This document shows positions 1 through 12,119 of a stretch of DNA of 64,000 bases, one piece after another. The stretch is from assembly GCA_003990765.1 (NCBI GenBank), contig RBNJ01000012.1, forward strand, positions 1 through 64,000. Reading direction: 5' to 3'. This stretch comes from Jimgerdemannia flammicorona. Lineage: Eukaryota. The position numbers and the translations under genes are program-made. The notes under the pieces are model-generated. The model had not been told where the DNA came from. It ran no database searches and was given only the letters and a program-made list of their open reading frames with translations. Within the stretch, counting starts at the first letter, position 1. Each line of letters opens with the position of its first letter.

Positions 1-175
1 CCCCCCACTGCCATTAGGCACTGCATTCCACGGCCTGTTGCAATGATGCACCACTGAAGAATTCTGCAGTGGTTATGTCTTCGCATCTTGGGAGGTCATT
101 AGGGAAATATTTTGCTGTGCATTTTGGTCTTGGGATCATTCTGAAAATATTTTTGGTGGCTAGAAGCCACTTGGT

Positions 176-325
176 TATTGTCATCATTCGTCATTCATCA
201 TTCTGCACTTAGTTGTCATTCATCATTCTGCACTTAGTTGTCATTCATCGTTCTGTGCTTAGTTGTCATTCGTCATTCTGCGCTTAGTCATCGCTCATTG
301 CCGTTCTGCACTTAGCCATTGTCAT
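176..325. repeat. ~25-bp minisatellite (tcattcatcattctgcacttagttg-like), left part
   Basis: About 5 degenerate tandem units read directly; the same array resumes at ~5160 after the DIRS element. Confidence 0.8.
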
Positions 326-394
326 CTCGGATGGATGAGGTGCCATAGGCGCCGAAGTCTGTCCCAGACTTTACGAGCTTTGGGAGGACCGTGA

Positions 395-563
395 AGAGTT
401 GGTTTCTGCCATCCTGAAAGCATTGGCATGCTTTATTTTGTCTTAAACATGGGTTTATATATACATGCGAATTTCCTTCTGTCTAAGACATATATGTATG
501 AGACATTTCATGTAAAACATGGTAATAAAAGAATATCTTGACTCCCATGGAGTCCCTTAGCCT
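395..563. repeat. DIRS1 inverted terminal repeat (3' ITR)
   Basis: agagttggtttctgccatcctgaaagcattggc...ggagtcccttagcc is the reverse complement of ~4972-5135. Confidence 0.92.
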
Positions 564-693
564 AGAAAGCTTGACATGTGAGCCAGGAACACCCGAAGGG
601 AAATATTGGAAAAAATCGGCTGGCAAAACACAGCTGAAAAATAGGAAAATGAAATATACCCAAAGAAAATGAAAAAAGGGTTGGGAATGGGTG

Positions 694-812
694 AGAAACC
701 AACTCTTTATGGTCCTCCCAAAGCTTGTAAAGTTTGGGACAGACTTCAGTGCCTATGGTACCTTGTCCATCTAGGACTAAGCATTGCTTTGTTCTGGACT
801 GTTTCAGAGTTA
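694..812. repeat. DIRS1 internal complementary region (ICR)
   Basis: 694-775 is the reverse complement of ~326-407; 776-812 is the reverse complement of ~5128-5165. Confidence 0.88.
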
Positions 813-1850
813 GTTGTTTATAGATCTGATATGAGTGAAGCATCTGGCCAGGGGTGTACTGATGGCCATGACTTTACTCTTGCATTTGAGGACCATGTAA
901 ATAAGAGAAGTGGCCCAAGTGGATTGTGAAAGAACTGGCATCCAGTGTAGTAGATGATAGTGGCATTCAAACATAGTTTTGGAACTCCAATTGTCACTCT
1001 TGAGGACTTTGTCGATGGGCATACCTCCTTCCAGGGTTTCAGTAGAGGATTTGGCCTAAATGGAGTGAGGGCAATGAACCAGATCGATGCTTGTGGCCAC
1101 TATATATTTGGAAAACCAATTTTGAAGATGGTCAGATATAAGGTTGTGATGGAGAGAGTGCATACTGATGAATAAGTAGTTGCTATCTGTCTATGGGCAG
1201 AGGGGATCTATCTCATGCATCCAGCAGAAAACCCAATATATAGGGCATATATTCTTGTCCTTCAAGAGTACTGGAATGGGATGGGAGATCTTAGTGACAA
1301 TATTGGGGGTGCATTCCTTCATTATATTAACAGTCAGGACCATTTTGGTAGACCAATCACCAATGTCACTACAATAGCTGATAGTTATCCAGAATTTTGC
1401 AAAATTGCTTGTCATCTGCCAGGAGATGCATAGGGTGAGAAGAGTATATGTTTTCTTACCAGAGAGTATACATTACTGGATGGAGTTGTAGGGGCCCAGG
1501 GAAGCTAGCTACTGAATAAGAGTGGCAATGTCCCATCAGGTGGCCTTATTTTTTGAGGAAGGAGGTCAAAGATTCACAGCACTCCAGATCAGATAGGAAA
1601 CAGTCAGAAGGTTGGAGAAATGAATACTATTTGTCATGGGGGTCCACTGGCCAATGGTGGTATAGATGCTCTGAAGCTAATGTATACTCATTCCTTTCTT
1701 AAAAAGCTGAGCTAAGCAGTTAGTATATTGCTTAGTAGAAGCTCATAAGGGATTGATATGTTGTTGATGGCACCAATGGACAAAGTGTTGGTACACTGAC
1801 TTGTAGTTCTTGTGTGAGGATATCTGTATGCTGGCCTGGATGAGTTTGTG
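810..1850 (-). pseudogene. DIRS1 tyrosine recombinase, disrupted
   Basis: C-terminal 'PIDKVLKSDNWSSKTMFECHY' fits the YR W-S-x4-F-x2-H-Y end; N-terminal FVHWC motif near 1780; many stops; 5' limit approximate. Confidence 0.7.
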
Positions 1851-1989
1851 AGCCTATGGTGCCAGTACTGTGGTATTAGGGGATTACTGCTGATTCACCA
1901 TATCAGGGCATCCCAGTGCATCATTTGTATCATTGTCATCATCATCATTGTTGTCAGAAGATAATAAGGAAGGAGAATGGGGAGAGTAG

Positions 1990-2300
1990 TTACCATTTCT
2001 AGGAGTTCGGACCACCAGCTCTGTTATTGCCAAAACAGTATAATGAGGACTAGATAAGCACACCTGTTCTCCTTGATCTTGCATAGTGTATAGTTGAGGA
2101 GGATCTATAGCAGATTTGCATAAGCACTGGAGGTTGGCCATTGATGTTGGAAAGCATCAGTGCCCAGGGTCTTGGGGTCTGTCCACCAGCTATAAAAGAG
2201 AGGGGTCTGGGTCATTGTCTATGATGTGAAGAGGTCCAGGTGTATGGGACCCCAATGGAGGAGATGATGGAATATCATCAGATTGAGTTGCCATTCATCT
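1990..2300 (-). pseudogene. DIRS1 DAM-like N6-adenine methyltransferase domain, disrupted
   Basis: Minus frame reads EWQL..WGPIHLDLFTS..DPKTLGTDAF.HQW..AYAN(LL*)..KI..W..QSWW. 'aat ctg cta tag' reverts by transitions to the NPPW motif. Confidence 0.78.
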
Positions 2301-3740
2301 GAACTGGGGCAGATGTGGCTCAGAAAATCAACATATATGTTTTTGATCTCAGGGATATATTTGGCAAAGAGGCATATCCTCCTCATTATGCAGATATGGT
2401 GTATCTTGACAGTGATCTCATTCAGGTGGAGGAGAGAGCCCTCTTACTTATTGATAAAAGTCCTTATAGTTATGTTGTCCATCTGAATGAGGACCATGAA
2501 GCCCTCTCAATGACAGTTGTTGATCTGGAGTATGAACAGAACTGTCTTAAGTTTGTGGTAGTTGATGGAGTGATATCATTTTGCAGGGGTCCAAGTATCT
2601 GTTGCTTGCTATGTCACTTAGCTGGCAGACATAGAAGCAGTGATTTTGAAGTCCCAACTTAGATTACTGGCATCTGTATTGACTATAACCTTGGGGTATT
2701 CGGTAAGTAGAGACCAGCCATTCCAGCTGAAGAGCTCAAGGGACCACTAATAGAGGTCCTCCTAAGATGTTGGAGAGATAAACATAAGACTATTCCAGTT
2801 GTAGTTATTGGTATTAAAAGAGTCCTGAATGTCCCAAATGAGAGACCATACTCAAAACCAAGTCAGAAAGATCATCTGTATCATAGAGTTGCAAAACCCA
2901 ACCAGCAATACCACCTTGCATATAGGGATTATGGTCATCAGATAGAGGAGGGATGCAGTTTTCTTACAGATCTTGCATATTTTATCCTTGGGTAAGCAGA
3001 GTTTCATATTGATGATATTGACTAGGAACCCCAGGAATATCTGTTGCTGTATGAGTTCTCATATACATTTTATTGAGTATAGAAGAAACCCCAATATCTC
3101 TAAATGTTTGCAAATGATCCTTCTATATCAGAGCACTTTGTCCCTCATAGAGGTCAGGAGATATATATCATTGATATAATAGGTGAGCTGGATGCCCTTT
3201 GCTTGGAGAGGCTCCAGAACTGCCACCATCATCTTTGTCCAGATGTGTGGGACAGATGACAGGCCAAATGGCATGGCATGGAATTTCCAGTTGATATTTT
3301 GCCACTGAAAGGTGAGGAACTGTTGATTGGCTGGATGTAAGAGAATGTATAGGTAGGCATCCTTTATGTTGATCTGACAAGGTGGTCACTGGGCTGGACC
3401 ATATGGCATAGGGTCTGGATACCTTCTACCTTAAAGTACAATTACCTTATGAACTCATTCAGTGAATAGGCATTAAGGCAGATTTGGTTCTTGTCAATCT
3501 GGGAGATTGTAAAGATATTGAAGAAGAAGAGCAGCTCCCTATTCTGGGTAGAGTAGATGGCCTCCTTGTCCTGAAACTTAGTGATGGTGACATCTACCAG
3601 AGTCTTCTCCATCACTGATATATCCTTCTTGTAGAAGAACCTGGGTTTGGTCCAGAGTGGGGTCAGGAGTTGTAACCATTTGATGTGGTTCTTGCTATGG
3701 ACTATATCAATGGTCCAGTGGTCAATACCCAGAGTCATCC
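2300..3740 (-). pseudogene. DIRS1 reverse transcriptase / RNase H, disrupted
   Basis: ORF 3442-3738 (GIDHWTIDIV...LNEFI) followed by FKVEGI; YIND (YxDD) near 3170; RNase H end YIP..KN.YVDFLS near 2330. Confidence 0.8.
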
Positions 3741-3749
3741 AAATAGTCT

Positions 3750-4900
3750 CAGGGACCTAGGCTAACTATGCCCCCATCTTTGAGATAATATTTGAGGTCT
3801 TGGGGGCAATAGTATGGTAGATCAATTGGTTCTTCAGAGTTTAGCAGCAGATATCAACACACTGTTGCCTGGATTTAGAGCTTGGTACTGAGAACCTCCT
3901 CAGCTATATGTACTCAGAGTGCAGTTCTGGAAGCTCTGTTATTGAGAATTTCAGTAGTCAGTATAATGGTCACCCTGGGACTCATTTTCTTGGCCATGAC
4001 CATTGGGGCCATGAGACAGAGTTGGATTACCTCTTGGTTTGGAGATTGTCTTAACCATGAGGAGGTGCTTGCAGTATTTGGCATCATTGTAAAAATGGCA
4101 GGTGAATTTTATGCTGAACAGATCACCATCACCATCATTCTCAGAGCCAGAAGCCACTATGTGGCAGGTGGAGATGAGAGCAGATGACCATTCTGCAGAT
4201 TTGGCAAGTTCAATGCAGTGGTAGATACAGATATATTCTGCTTCATGAAATTTGATCTAGAGAGAGTCTTGCAGTTTTTCCACCAAAGAAGAAATGACAG
4301 CATTATGGACCAGCCCATGGTAGTGGAGATTGGCTCCATTGGAGTGAGGTTCAAGGGCCTGAAGGGTGATGGTGATGGGCTAGAGGGTGTTGTAGATTGC
4401 TCATTGAGTGTCAGCAAGAACCTTATTTGCTTCTTTGGTGGATTTTCTGAAATCATCCATAAATACTTCATTAAAGAAGGGGGTGCAAAGAACACTCCAT
4501 TTGGGTTCAGGGTTTTGATGGAGGAGTTTCTTGAAACTTGTAGAGGAGAGGTGTGCTTTGATGCATTCTGGTGGAATGGTGTCAGTGAATGTGAGAGATA
4601 TATGATATCTCCCAATAGCCCAAGACTTGGCTGCTGTGAGAAATTCATTGTCACTACTGTTGGCATCATTGTGGAGGTCCATACCATCAGAATTCCCATT
4701 GAGTTCAAGGACTGCAGGGTCAGGACATTGGGAACACTGAAGGAAAAGGATATTAATGAGGCATTATTGGTCATGCTGGTTTGTGACCTCTGGATCTGAC
4801 AGAGGAGAGTAGAGGCTGACCATGACAGCCTTGGTGACCTGGTGAAGGAACTTGGTATGCTCAGTCAGAGTGGCCTATTGTTGTTGAAGGAGTTATTTAT
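3750..4900 (-). pseudogene. DIRS1 gag-like ORF1, disrupted
   Basis: Position next to the 5' ITR, upstream of RT; fragmented minus-strand ORFs. No diagnostic motif recognised. Confidence 0.5.
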
Positions 4901-4971
4901 TACTCATAGTAATATAATAAGAAAGTATTCTATGGGTCATGAGAAAAGGTGAACTGCCAAGCTTTCAAAAT

Positions 4972-5135
4972 GGCTAAGGGACTCCATGGGAGTTGAGATG
5001 TTCTTTTATTACCATGTTTTATATGAAATGTCTCATACATATATGTCTTAGATAGAAGGAAATTCGCATGTATAAACCCATATTTAAGACAAAATAAAGT
5101 ATGCCAATGCTTTCAGGATGGCAGAAACCAACTCT
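4972..5135. repeat. DIRS1 inverted terminal repeat (5' ITR)
   Basis: Reverse complement of ~395-563. Confidence 0.92.
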
Positions 5136-5159
5136 GAAATGGTCCGGAACAAAGCAATG

Positions 5160-5400
5160 CTTAGTCATTCTGTGCTTAGTCAGCACCATCACTTTGTGCT
5201 TAGTCACTATTATTTATAATTTCTCTGGGCTTAGTCATTCATCACTGTTCAGTGCTTAGTCATTTATCACCATTTGGTGCTTAGTTGTTCATTACTGTTC
5301 GGTACTTAGTTATTCACCACCATTTAGTACTTCTTTATTCATCACCATTCAGTGCTTAGTTGTTGTTCATTGCCATTCTATGCTTGGTCATGCTATTCTG
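5160..5400. repeat. Minisatellite, right part (gtgcttagtcatt-core units)
   Basis: About 9 degenerate units with the same cttagt core as 176-325. Confidence 0.8.
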
Positions 5401-6087
5401 GATCTACAGATGGTGTTATACATCATACCGCCACCTGAACAAATAATGTTCCACGATTTTGTTAAAAATTTATATTTGATAAATTATGTAAAACATTCAT
5501 ATATGTATCAAGTATATAAAAATGATTCTAGATATGACTATGAAAAATGAACCTCTGGCTTCCTTCTGGCTTCTGGCTACTTCTGACATTTAACTTCTGG
5601 GTACATACTTCTAGCTTTTGACTTTGGGATCTGCTTCTCACAACTTTTGTCCTGGCTCCTGAAAAACTTCTAGCAATGTTCCGGAACTCGCCAGAATCTC
5701 TCAGAGACCACTCAGGGCCTCCAAAAAAAAAATCCTGATGTTAGCTAGTGGTATAATTAGAAAAAACATTATGAACAACATGCACTACTTTCATTTTCAT
5801 GCCTATTCTTATACCCAACAGTCTGACCATCCTGTGCGGATATCCCTATGTACAACGAATCCGATGGGTTAGTTTACCATTTAGAACATACATAGTATAT
5901 CATAATGTCAAAAATTTCTATGTTCTCATGAGGCTCACACTATAAGCACCATATGTCCAGAATATGTGAACCTAGAATATTTTGAATGATTAATATCATT
6001 CAAATATGCATATTTTTAACATTAAACTATGCAACTATTGCTGTTAATAAATATTCAGCATTTTTTTGAGATAGTGCGAACAGTTGG

Positions 6088-6480
6088 CCGTCGTCGTCGT
6101 TTTGCAGTCCGTCATCATCGTTCCATCGTTCGCAGTCCATCGTCGTCGTTTTACAGTTTGGCATTGTTTTCGCAGTCTTTCCCAGTTATTTTTCAGTCTG
6201 TCCTCATCGTTTTGCAGTCTATCGTCATCGTTTAGAAGTTCCTCATTGTTTTGAAATCAGTTATTTCGCAGTTCGTCGTTGTTTTGCAATCCGTCATTTT
6301 GCAGATCGTCGTTGTTTTGTGGTTCGTCAGTCCGTTGACTTCATTTTTCAGGCCGTCGTCAGTTTGCAATCCATGGCCGTCGTTATTCTGCAGCCCGTCG
6401 CCATCGTTTTGCAGTCCGTCATCATCGTTTTGCAGTCCGTCCATCGTTTTTCAGTCTATTCGTCGTTTTGCAGTCCAGGC
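6088..6480. repeat. Degenerate 18-21-bp tandem repeat (cgtcatcgttttgcagtc); reads DDDGLQN on the minus strand
   Basis: Direct reading; ORF 6232-6444 (-); related short copies at ~11320 and ~15110-15250. Confidence 0.75.
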
Positions 6481-7289
6481 GTCGGTGTTTTACCATCATC
6501 ACGTTCCTTGGCAATGCCTGTCGCTTGCGTCACGTTGGTCATTATTTCCCCACGCTGCGGAGTATAGATATGCTGCGGGGTTGCTTGTCGAATTATGGTT
6601 AGGAGCTGCAACAGGATTAAATCATCAACTAGATATCTAAACGATAGAAAAGGAAGTAATTAATTATATGGTGTTGATTTCGTTTCATGGCTACGGATTC
6701 GGACGATAAAAGAAGACGATGAAAGGGTGACAGAGCAAAATGACGACAACAGTTTGTGACTTGTTCCATGTTGCTTTGCATCTGTAACTAAAATCTGATC
6801 TTATATAAATTCTCAGGTGCAGGAGCTCTTATACGAATATTCCGATACAAATGGCCCGGCATTTTGGGTTCCGCTCCAGTCAAATCGTCCAATCGTCAAA
6901 TCGGGTCAGACCGGAGAATCAAACCTGATTTGATCTGAATTGAGATATATAGTTACGCGTACTCACTCCCTGAGCAATTTCACTCGCATGGCAAGTCGGA
7001 ACACTACTACATAATTACTTATACTAGTTCTCCAAGTGTACGTCAAAGTGAACTCAGTTCCCCCATAGTGTCTCCATAGCGATTAAAGGAGGAAGCTGCA
7101 CTATAGAACATCATGAGCTCATTCTCTTTGAAGTTGCAAACTCTCGGCCCACCACCGTTCAGAGGAGTAGAATACCAACCGCTGTGCTGTTTGAATTTAA
7201 ACGATACATCATAGGGGTTTGAGAGCCCCGATCCAATTACTATACAAGCCCTCACTGCTCTGTAATAAAAAAACTTAGATTCTACATTT

Positions 7290-7670
7290 TCACCATATCA
7301 CAAATTCTCCTGTGGTCATGACGCAAAACGTCGGTGAGGTATCGCGCCTCAGCCCTTTGATGGCAGTATATGATGTGCAAATAGCACGCTTCATTTAAGC
7401 GACCCACGACAACGTCCTAGTGAAGAAAACCGCCGGGACAGCTTTCTACTGGAGAGGCTGGTGGCGGACAGTAGGAACCGAAAGGAGATGTTGCACATGT
7501 GGCGAAAGTACCTATTTGGATTGGTACCTTTTTTGTCTGAACTGGGAAATTTTCTGACTTCGTTGAACGTTTTCAAGTTGAATTGACTGGTTCAGTGTCG
7601 ACGACATCATTATAAAGGCGGAGGACCCAGATATGCAATTCATTCCAATTTTAGGACTTTGGAATAGACA
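7290..7670 (+). pseudogene. Deleted copy of the MG-N small-protein gene family
   Basis: Colinear fragments of 12120-12674 (gcaaaacgtcgg, cacgacaacgtcctagtgaagaa, gacatcattataaaggcggaggacc) with internal deletions. Confidence 0.8.
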
Positions 7671-8004
7671 TTTAATTAGTTGGTGGCATGATTCGTTTAA
7701 AAGTAGAAAGAACAGCTGGAAAATGCGCAGTATATGATCGAGTCAGAGCATCATGCCAAGAATCTCTATGTTGCTATGAGGCTCACACTGGAAGCACAAT
7801 ATCTCAAGAATACATAAATCCAGAATCGTTTTCACAATTTGTGTCATTAATAAACTCGTTCGTTTTATTTTCCCTTTGAAGTTGTAAACGGTCGGCCCAA
7901 TACCGTTTAGACGAATGAAACCCCCTCCGCTGCGCTGTTTGAAATTCAATTTAATACTGGCTTAAACCTAAACGTTTTGGAATACGTAGGAATTTCACAG
8001 TCCG

Positions 8005-8250
8005 ATATGAGGTATCCCAACTATGGAGTGTATGGTGTGCACATAGCGCGCTTCGTTCAAGCGATCCACGACAACGTCCTAGTAAATAAAAAATACTGGG
8101 GTAGCTTCGTGGTTTCCCACACTCGGAACCAGGAAGGCTGGAGGCAGCTATGGCAAAGTGTCCCGCAGACAGTAGGAATCGAAAGGAGATGTTGAATATC
8201 AGATCAGTGGGGCGCAGCCTGGACTCTGGGTAACCTTCTGGGACCTCAAC
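8005..8250 (+). pseudogene. Partial copy of the MG-N family gene
   Basis: YGVHIARFVQAIHDNVLVNKKYWGSFVV in ORF 7977-8195. Confidence 0.8.
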
Positions 8251-8846
8251 TGCCGCCCTCCGTTTCAATTGAACCTTAGATTACGCAATCCGAGCTAACT
8301 GACTTGGGCGCAGGGGAAACGATTGAAACTAAACTAAACTAAACTGAATTGACTCGGACCGATTGCTGTTAAGCGGCTTTAGCCACTTTGCCGAAATTCC
8401 AATCGTCCAATCGGGCTAGACCGGAGAATCAAACCTGCATTTACACCTTAGAAAGTTCGAGCAATTTCACACACGGGGCAAGTCGGAACACTATACTTAT
8501 ACTGGTTCTCCGAAAGTAAACTTAGTTCTCTTCTATTTTCCAATTTTTGGCTCCTGTTTTTCATAGGGGCGCCATAGCGATTAAAGGAAGAAGCTGCACT
8601 ACAGAACATCGTGCATGAACTCATTCGCTTTATTTTCTCTTTGAAGTAGCAAACTCTTGACCCACTACCATTCAGAGGAGTAGAATACCCCGCTGTGCTG
8701 TTTGAAGTTTAATTTAATATAGCTTAAGCCTCAACGATCCAGAATACCTACATCATAGGAGTTTGAGAGCCCCAATCCAATTCTATATAAGCCCTCACTG
8801 CTCGATAATGAAAAAATTTAGATCCCACATTTTCACAATATCCAAT

Positions 8847-9210
8847 ATGGGTGACAAATTCTCCTGTCGTGATGCAAAATTGTCGGTGAGGTATCCCGCC
8901 TCAGCCCTGATGGCGGTGTACGGTGTGCACATAGCGCGCTTCATTCAAGCGATCCACGACAACGTCCTAGTGAAGAAAAACGCTGGGGCAGCTTTCCCGA
9001 ACTTCGGAGGAAAAGGGTCCCGTGGACAGTGGGAACCGTTGTTGAAGATTAAATCAGTGGACCGCAGCACATGTGAGGCGAAGTTTATTAAAAAGAACCT
9101 TATGATCTATCTGGATTGGTACCTTTTTGAAAAATTTCAAGTTGAGTTGGCCGGACGACGACATCAAAAGGCGATATGCAATTGATTCCTATTTTAAGAC
9201 TTTGGAATAG
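8847..9210 (+). pseudogene. Deleted copy of the MG-N family gene
   Basis: MGDKFS...AVYGVHIARFIQAIHDNVLVKK...KIKSVDRSTC in ORF 8763-9185. Confidence 0.8.
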
Positions 9211-9489
9211 ACATTTTAACTAACTGATGGCATGATTTGTTTAAAAGTAGAAAGAACATTACGAACATGCACAGTATATGATGAGTCAAACATCATGCCA
9301 AGAGTCTCTATGTTACTATGATGCTCACACTGAAATCAAGAATAGAATCATTTTCACAATTTGTGTCATTCCAATTTGCTCATAAACTCGTTCGTTTTAT
9401 TTTCTCTTTGAAGTTGCAAACGGTCGGCTCAATACCGTTCAGAGGAACGAAACCCCCACCGTTGTGCTGTTTGAATTTAACTAAACCCT

Positions 9490-9655
9490 ATGATGGAGGT
9501 GTATGGCATGCACATAGCCAGCTTCATTCAAGCGATCCACGACAACGTCCTAGTAGACAAAAATCGCTGGGGCATTTTCGTGGTGCTTTTGCGGTTCCCA
9601 CACTCGGAACCAGGAAGGTTGATGGCAGCTACGGTAAAGCGTCCCGCGGGCCGAC
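9490..9655 (+). pseudogene. Partial copy of the MG-N family gene
   Basis: MMEVYGMHIASFIQAIHDNVLVDKNRWG...RFPHSEPGRLMAAT. Confidence 0.8.
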
Positions 9656-9731
9656 TTCTTTGTGGAACCTTAGGTTTCACATTTCCACATTTTATACCTT
9701 AGCCCAGCAGCCTCCTTTCCTTTCCCCAAAC

Positions 9732-10265
9732 ATGGGCAACATATCCTCTCGCCGCCGTGCCGCAAAACGACGGTCCCGTTCACCTCCTGAGGATGAGGTA
9801 TCCCGCCTTAGCCCTATGATGAATGTGTATGGTGTGTTCATAGTGCGCTTCATCCAGATAATCCACGACCGCGTCCTGGTGAAGAACCGAAAACGCTGGG
9901 GCAGCTCCGTGGTGCTTGATTTGCGGTTCCCGAACTCGAAACCGGAGAGATTGGTGGCGGCCACGGCAAAAGGTCCCGCGGACAGTAGAAATCGAGAGGA
10001 AATGCTGAAAAAGCTTAAATCTGTGGAGCGCAGCGCCTGCGACCATCTGGATTGGGCAACCTTCTGGGATTTTATCGAAAACCGGTTTGACCAGACACAG
10101 GCGGAGTTCGAAAGATTCAAGTTGGAGCTGGTAACAACGGTTAATAGGGGCCGGCTCAGTATGGACCACATCATTACAAAGGCGAATCCCACGGTGTACT
10201 GGTCTTCGAAGGACCCTGACATGCGCTTAATTCGCTTTCAGCTTCAATTCCACGATTTCGAATAG
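9732..10265 (+). CDS. Hypothetical 177-aa protein with N-terminal MGNISS (putative N-myristoylation); intact MG-N family member
   Basis: Uninterrupted ORF. The ATG at 9732 aligns with paralog starts (12120, 8847, 14788, 16677); full-length homology to 12120-12674. Confidence 0.7.
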   Translation: MGNISSRRRAAKRRSRSPPEDEVSRLSPMMNVYGVFIVRFIQIIHDRVLVKNRKRWGSSVVLDLRFPNSKPERLVAATAKGPADSRNREEMLKKLKSVERSACDHLDWATFWDFIENRFDQTQAEFERFKLELVTTVNRGRLSMDHIITKANPTVYWSSKDPDMRLIRFQLQFHDFE

Positions 10266-10639
10266 ACATTTTGCATTATAAGCAAGTATGGTAGGTAACC
10301 CAAACAGCATCATGATCAATTCACATTATGTCCATATGCCTATGCTTGTATATATTCGTATTGTTCGACGATCCCGCGCTAATACATTGCAAAAACCACA
10401 GGGTCATTGATAGCTATGTCTATGGGCTTCGCACTAAGCACCATATGTTAATAATATGTAAATTGTCTTTAAATTACCAATTTTGTGTTATTTTAGTCAT
10501 TCTAATATGCTTATGGCTCGTGTTGGAATGCACGAGTCAATCAATTAATATGTAATATGTAATTATAATATGTATCCGCCATTCTCCGAAACAACGTGAC
10601 CAAGAACGGTTAAGCTTTTACCGTCTAAGTTCATGCTAA

Positions 10640-11210
10640 AGCACTGGTCGTAAACGTCCATTAGGAATGCACCGGCACCCGAGGAATTTCGTTGTGAGTA
10701 TAGGCTACATGACGTCTATTTTCATGAAAGAATATGGAGAACAACGAGAAATAAAAGTTAACGCGGTTTACCTTTTGTTCTCTTTCCATTGTTTAGGTAT
10801 CTTGATGTCTGTATTGAGATGATTTAGTTCTGTTGCAAAAGCAAGGATATATCGACACGCAACTCCAGAAGCGTTCGAACTCTGGTAGGCAGCTTATACA
10901 ACCTTAACCAGCACCGATGTGTAGGGAATGCTAGATGACCACGGGGCTGGCGACATTAAATTGCTTATTAATCACTATATGGAGGTCAGCCACACCTCGT
11001 GCTTCGGCAACCTCGGTGTCTTGGTAGCAGGAATTACCCACCACCTCAAGCTCCAGTTCCCGGAGATCCGCGCCAAAACCTTCACGCTCATCTCTCACAT
11101 TTCGTACTTAAACTCTCTCGCATTTCGTACTTAAAAGTTGAAAGTGTTTCATACATACAGCTTGTCCTCAACATCCGTCTGACAACTATAAGCACCATAT
11201 GTCAAGAATA
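10640..11210 (-). pseudogene. Duplicated coding remnant, possibly a SWIM-zinc-finger (MULE transposase-like) fragment
   Basis: Paralogous to ~13220-13730; minus frames give C-I-S-C...GVACRYILAFA, resembling SWIM C-x-C-xn-G-x-x-C-R-H-I-L-A across a frameshift. Confidence 0.3.
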
Positions 11211-12119
11211 TGAGAACCTAGAATAATTTTAACAATTAATATCATTCCCATATGCTTATGGTTAATATTAAACTATGCCGCTATTGCTGTGAATAAATAT
11301 TTGGCGGTAGTACGAGTCCGTCGTCATCGTTATGCAGTCCGTCATATCGTTTTCAAGTCATCGTCGTCATTCCTCACCCGAAGCTCGCTCACCCAGTGCA
11401 ACTCCCTACCCGAACTTCAAGCCCGCTGACACACGACCAGCTCGTTACCCTCTACCAGGCTCAGGATTTGACAGTGAAGGGCGTAGGGCCGATCTCATCG
11501 TCCGTGACAGAGCAAGTCATGTTTCTTTTTCGATTGCATCTGTAACTAAAATCGCAGTGTTGTACAAGGTCTTATATAAACTAGCTAGTGCAGGACTCTT
11601 TTATGAATATTCCGTTGCAAACGAAGTACAATTCCGGCATTTGGGTTGACGCGCCTCCTGTCAAAACGTCGGGAATCAAATCTCGACTATTTATTTTCTT
11701 TAGGAGGTCGAGCCATTTCACTCACGGGACAAGTCGGAGCTAATATATATACTTGTTTTCCGAGTATACATCTAAGTGGACTCAGTTCTCCCAACTTTTC
11801 CTTGACCTATAGTTCTATTTTTTTTGTGTTATCTCTTTTGGCTCCTATTTTTCAAAGGGTCACCATAGCGATTAAAGGAGCAAACTGCACTATAGATCAT
11901 GCATAAACTCATTCGGTTTATTTTCTCTTTGGAGTTGCAAACAGTCGGCCAACTATCGTTTAGAGGAATGAAATACCCTCCGCTGTGCTGTTTGAATTTT
12001 AATTTATATGGCTAAAACATCAACCATCTAAATTTTGACAGCGCCGACCAATTACTATACAAGCCTTCACCACCCTGTTATGAAAAAAACTTAGATTCCA
12101 CATTTTTGCCGATTCTAAT

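Larger units (their letters stand above)
326..5166 (-). mobile_element. DIRS1-like tyrosine-recombinase retrotransposon, structurally complete, ORFs mutated
   Basis: ITRs ~395-563 / ~4972-5135. Internal complementary region 694-812 matches both termini. gag, RT, RNase H, MTase and YR remnants on the minus strand. Confidence 0.92.

Noticed and set aside
1990-2300. Adenine methyltransferase as a novel or bacterial restriction-modification gene
   Set aside because: A DAM-like domain after RNase H is a standard DIRS1 feature
4218-4799. 193-aa plus-strand ORF and similar antisense ORFs across the TEs (e.g. 32237-32824, 34513-35052)
   Set aside because: Shadow frames opposite TE coding sequence, with no recognisable motifs
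395-5135. DNA transposon with long TIRs
   Set aside because: The interior encodes RT, MTase and YR, and an ICR is present, which is diagnostic of DIRS1
176-6480. Short repeat arrays as CRISPR arrays
   Set aside because: Units are adjacent and degenerate with no unique equal-length spacers; no cas genes; eukaryotic TE context
9318-9731. 315-aa ORF 9318-10265 as the true gene
   Set aside because: The upstream part is read-through across the shared upstream block and an out-of-frame pseudocopy; paralog starts align to the ATG at 9732
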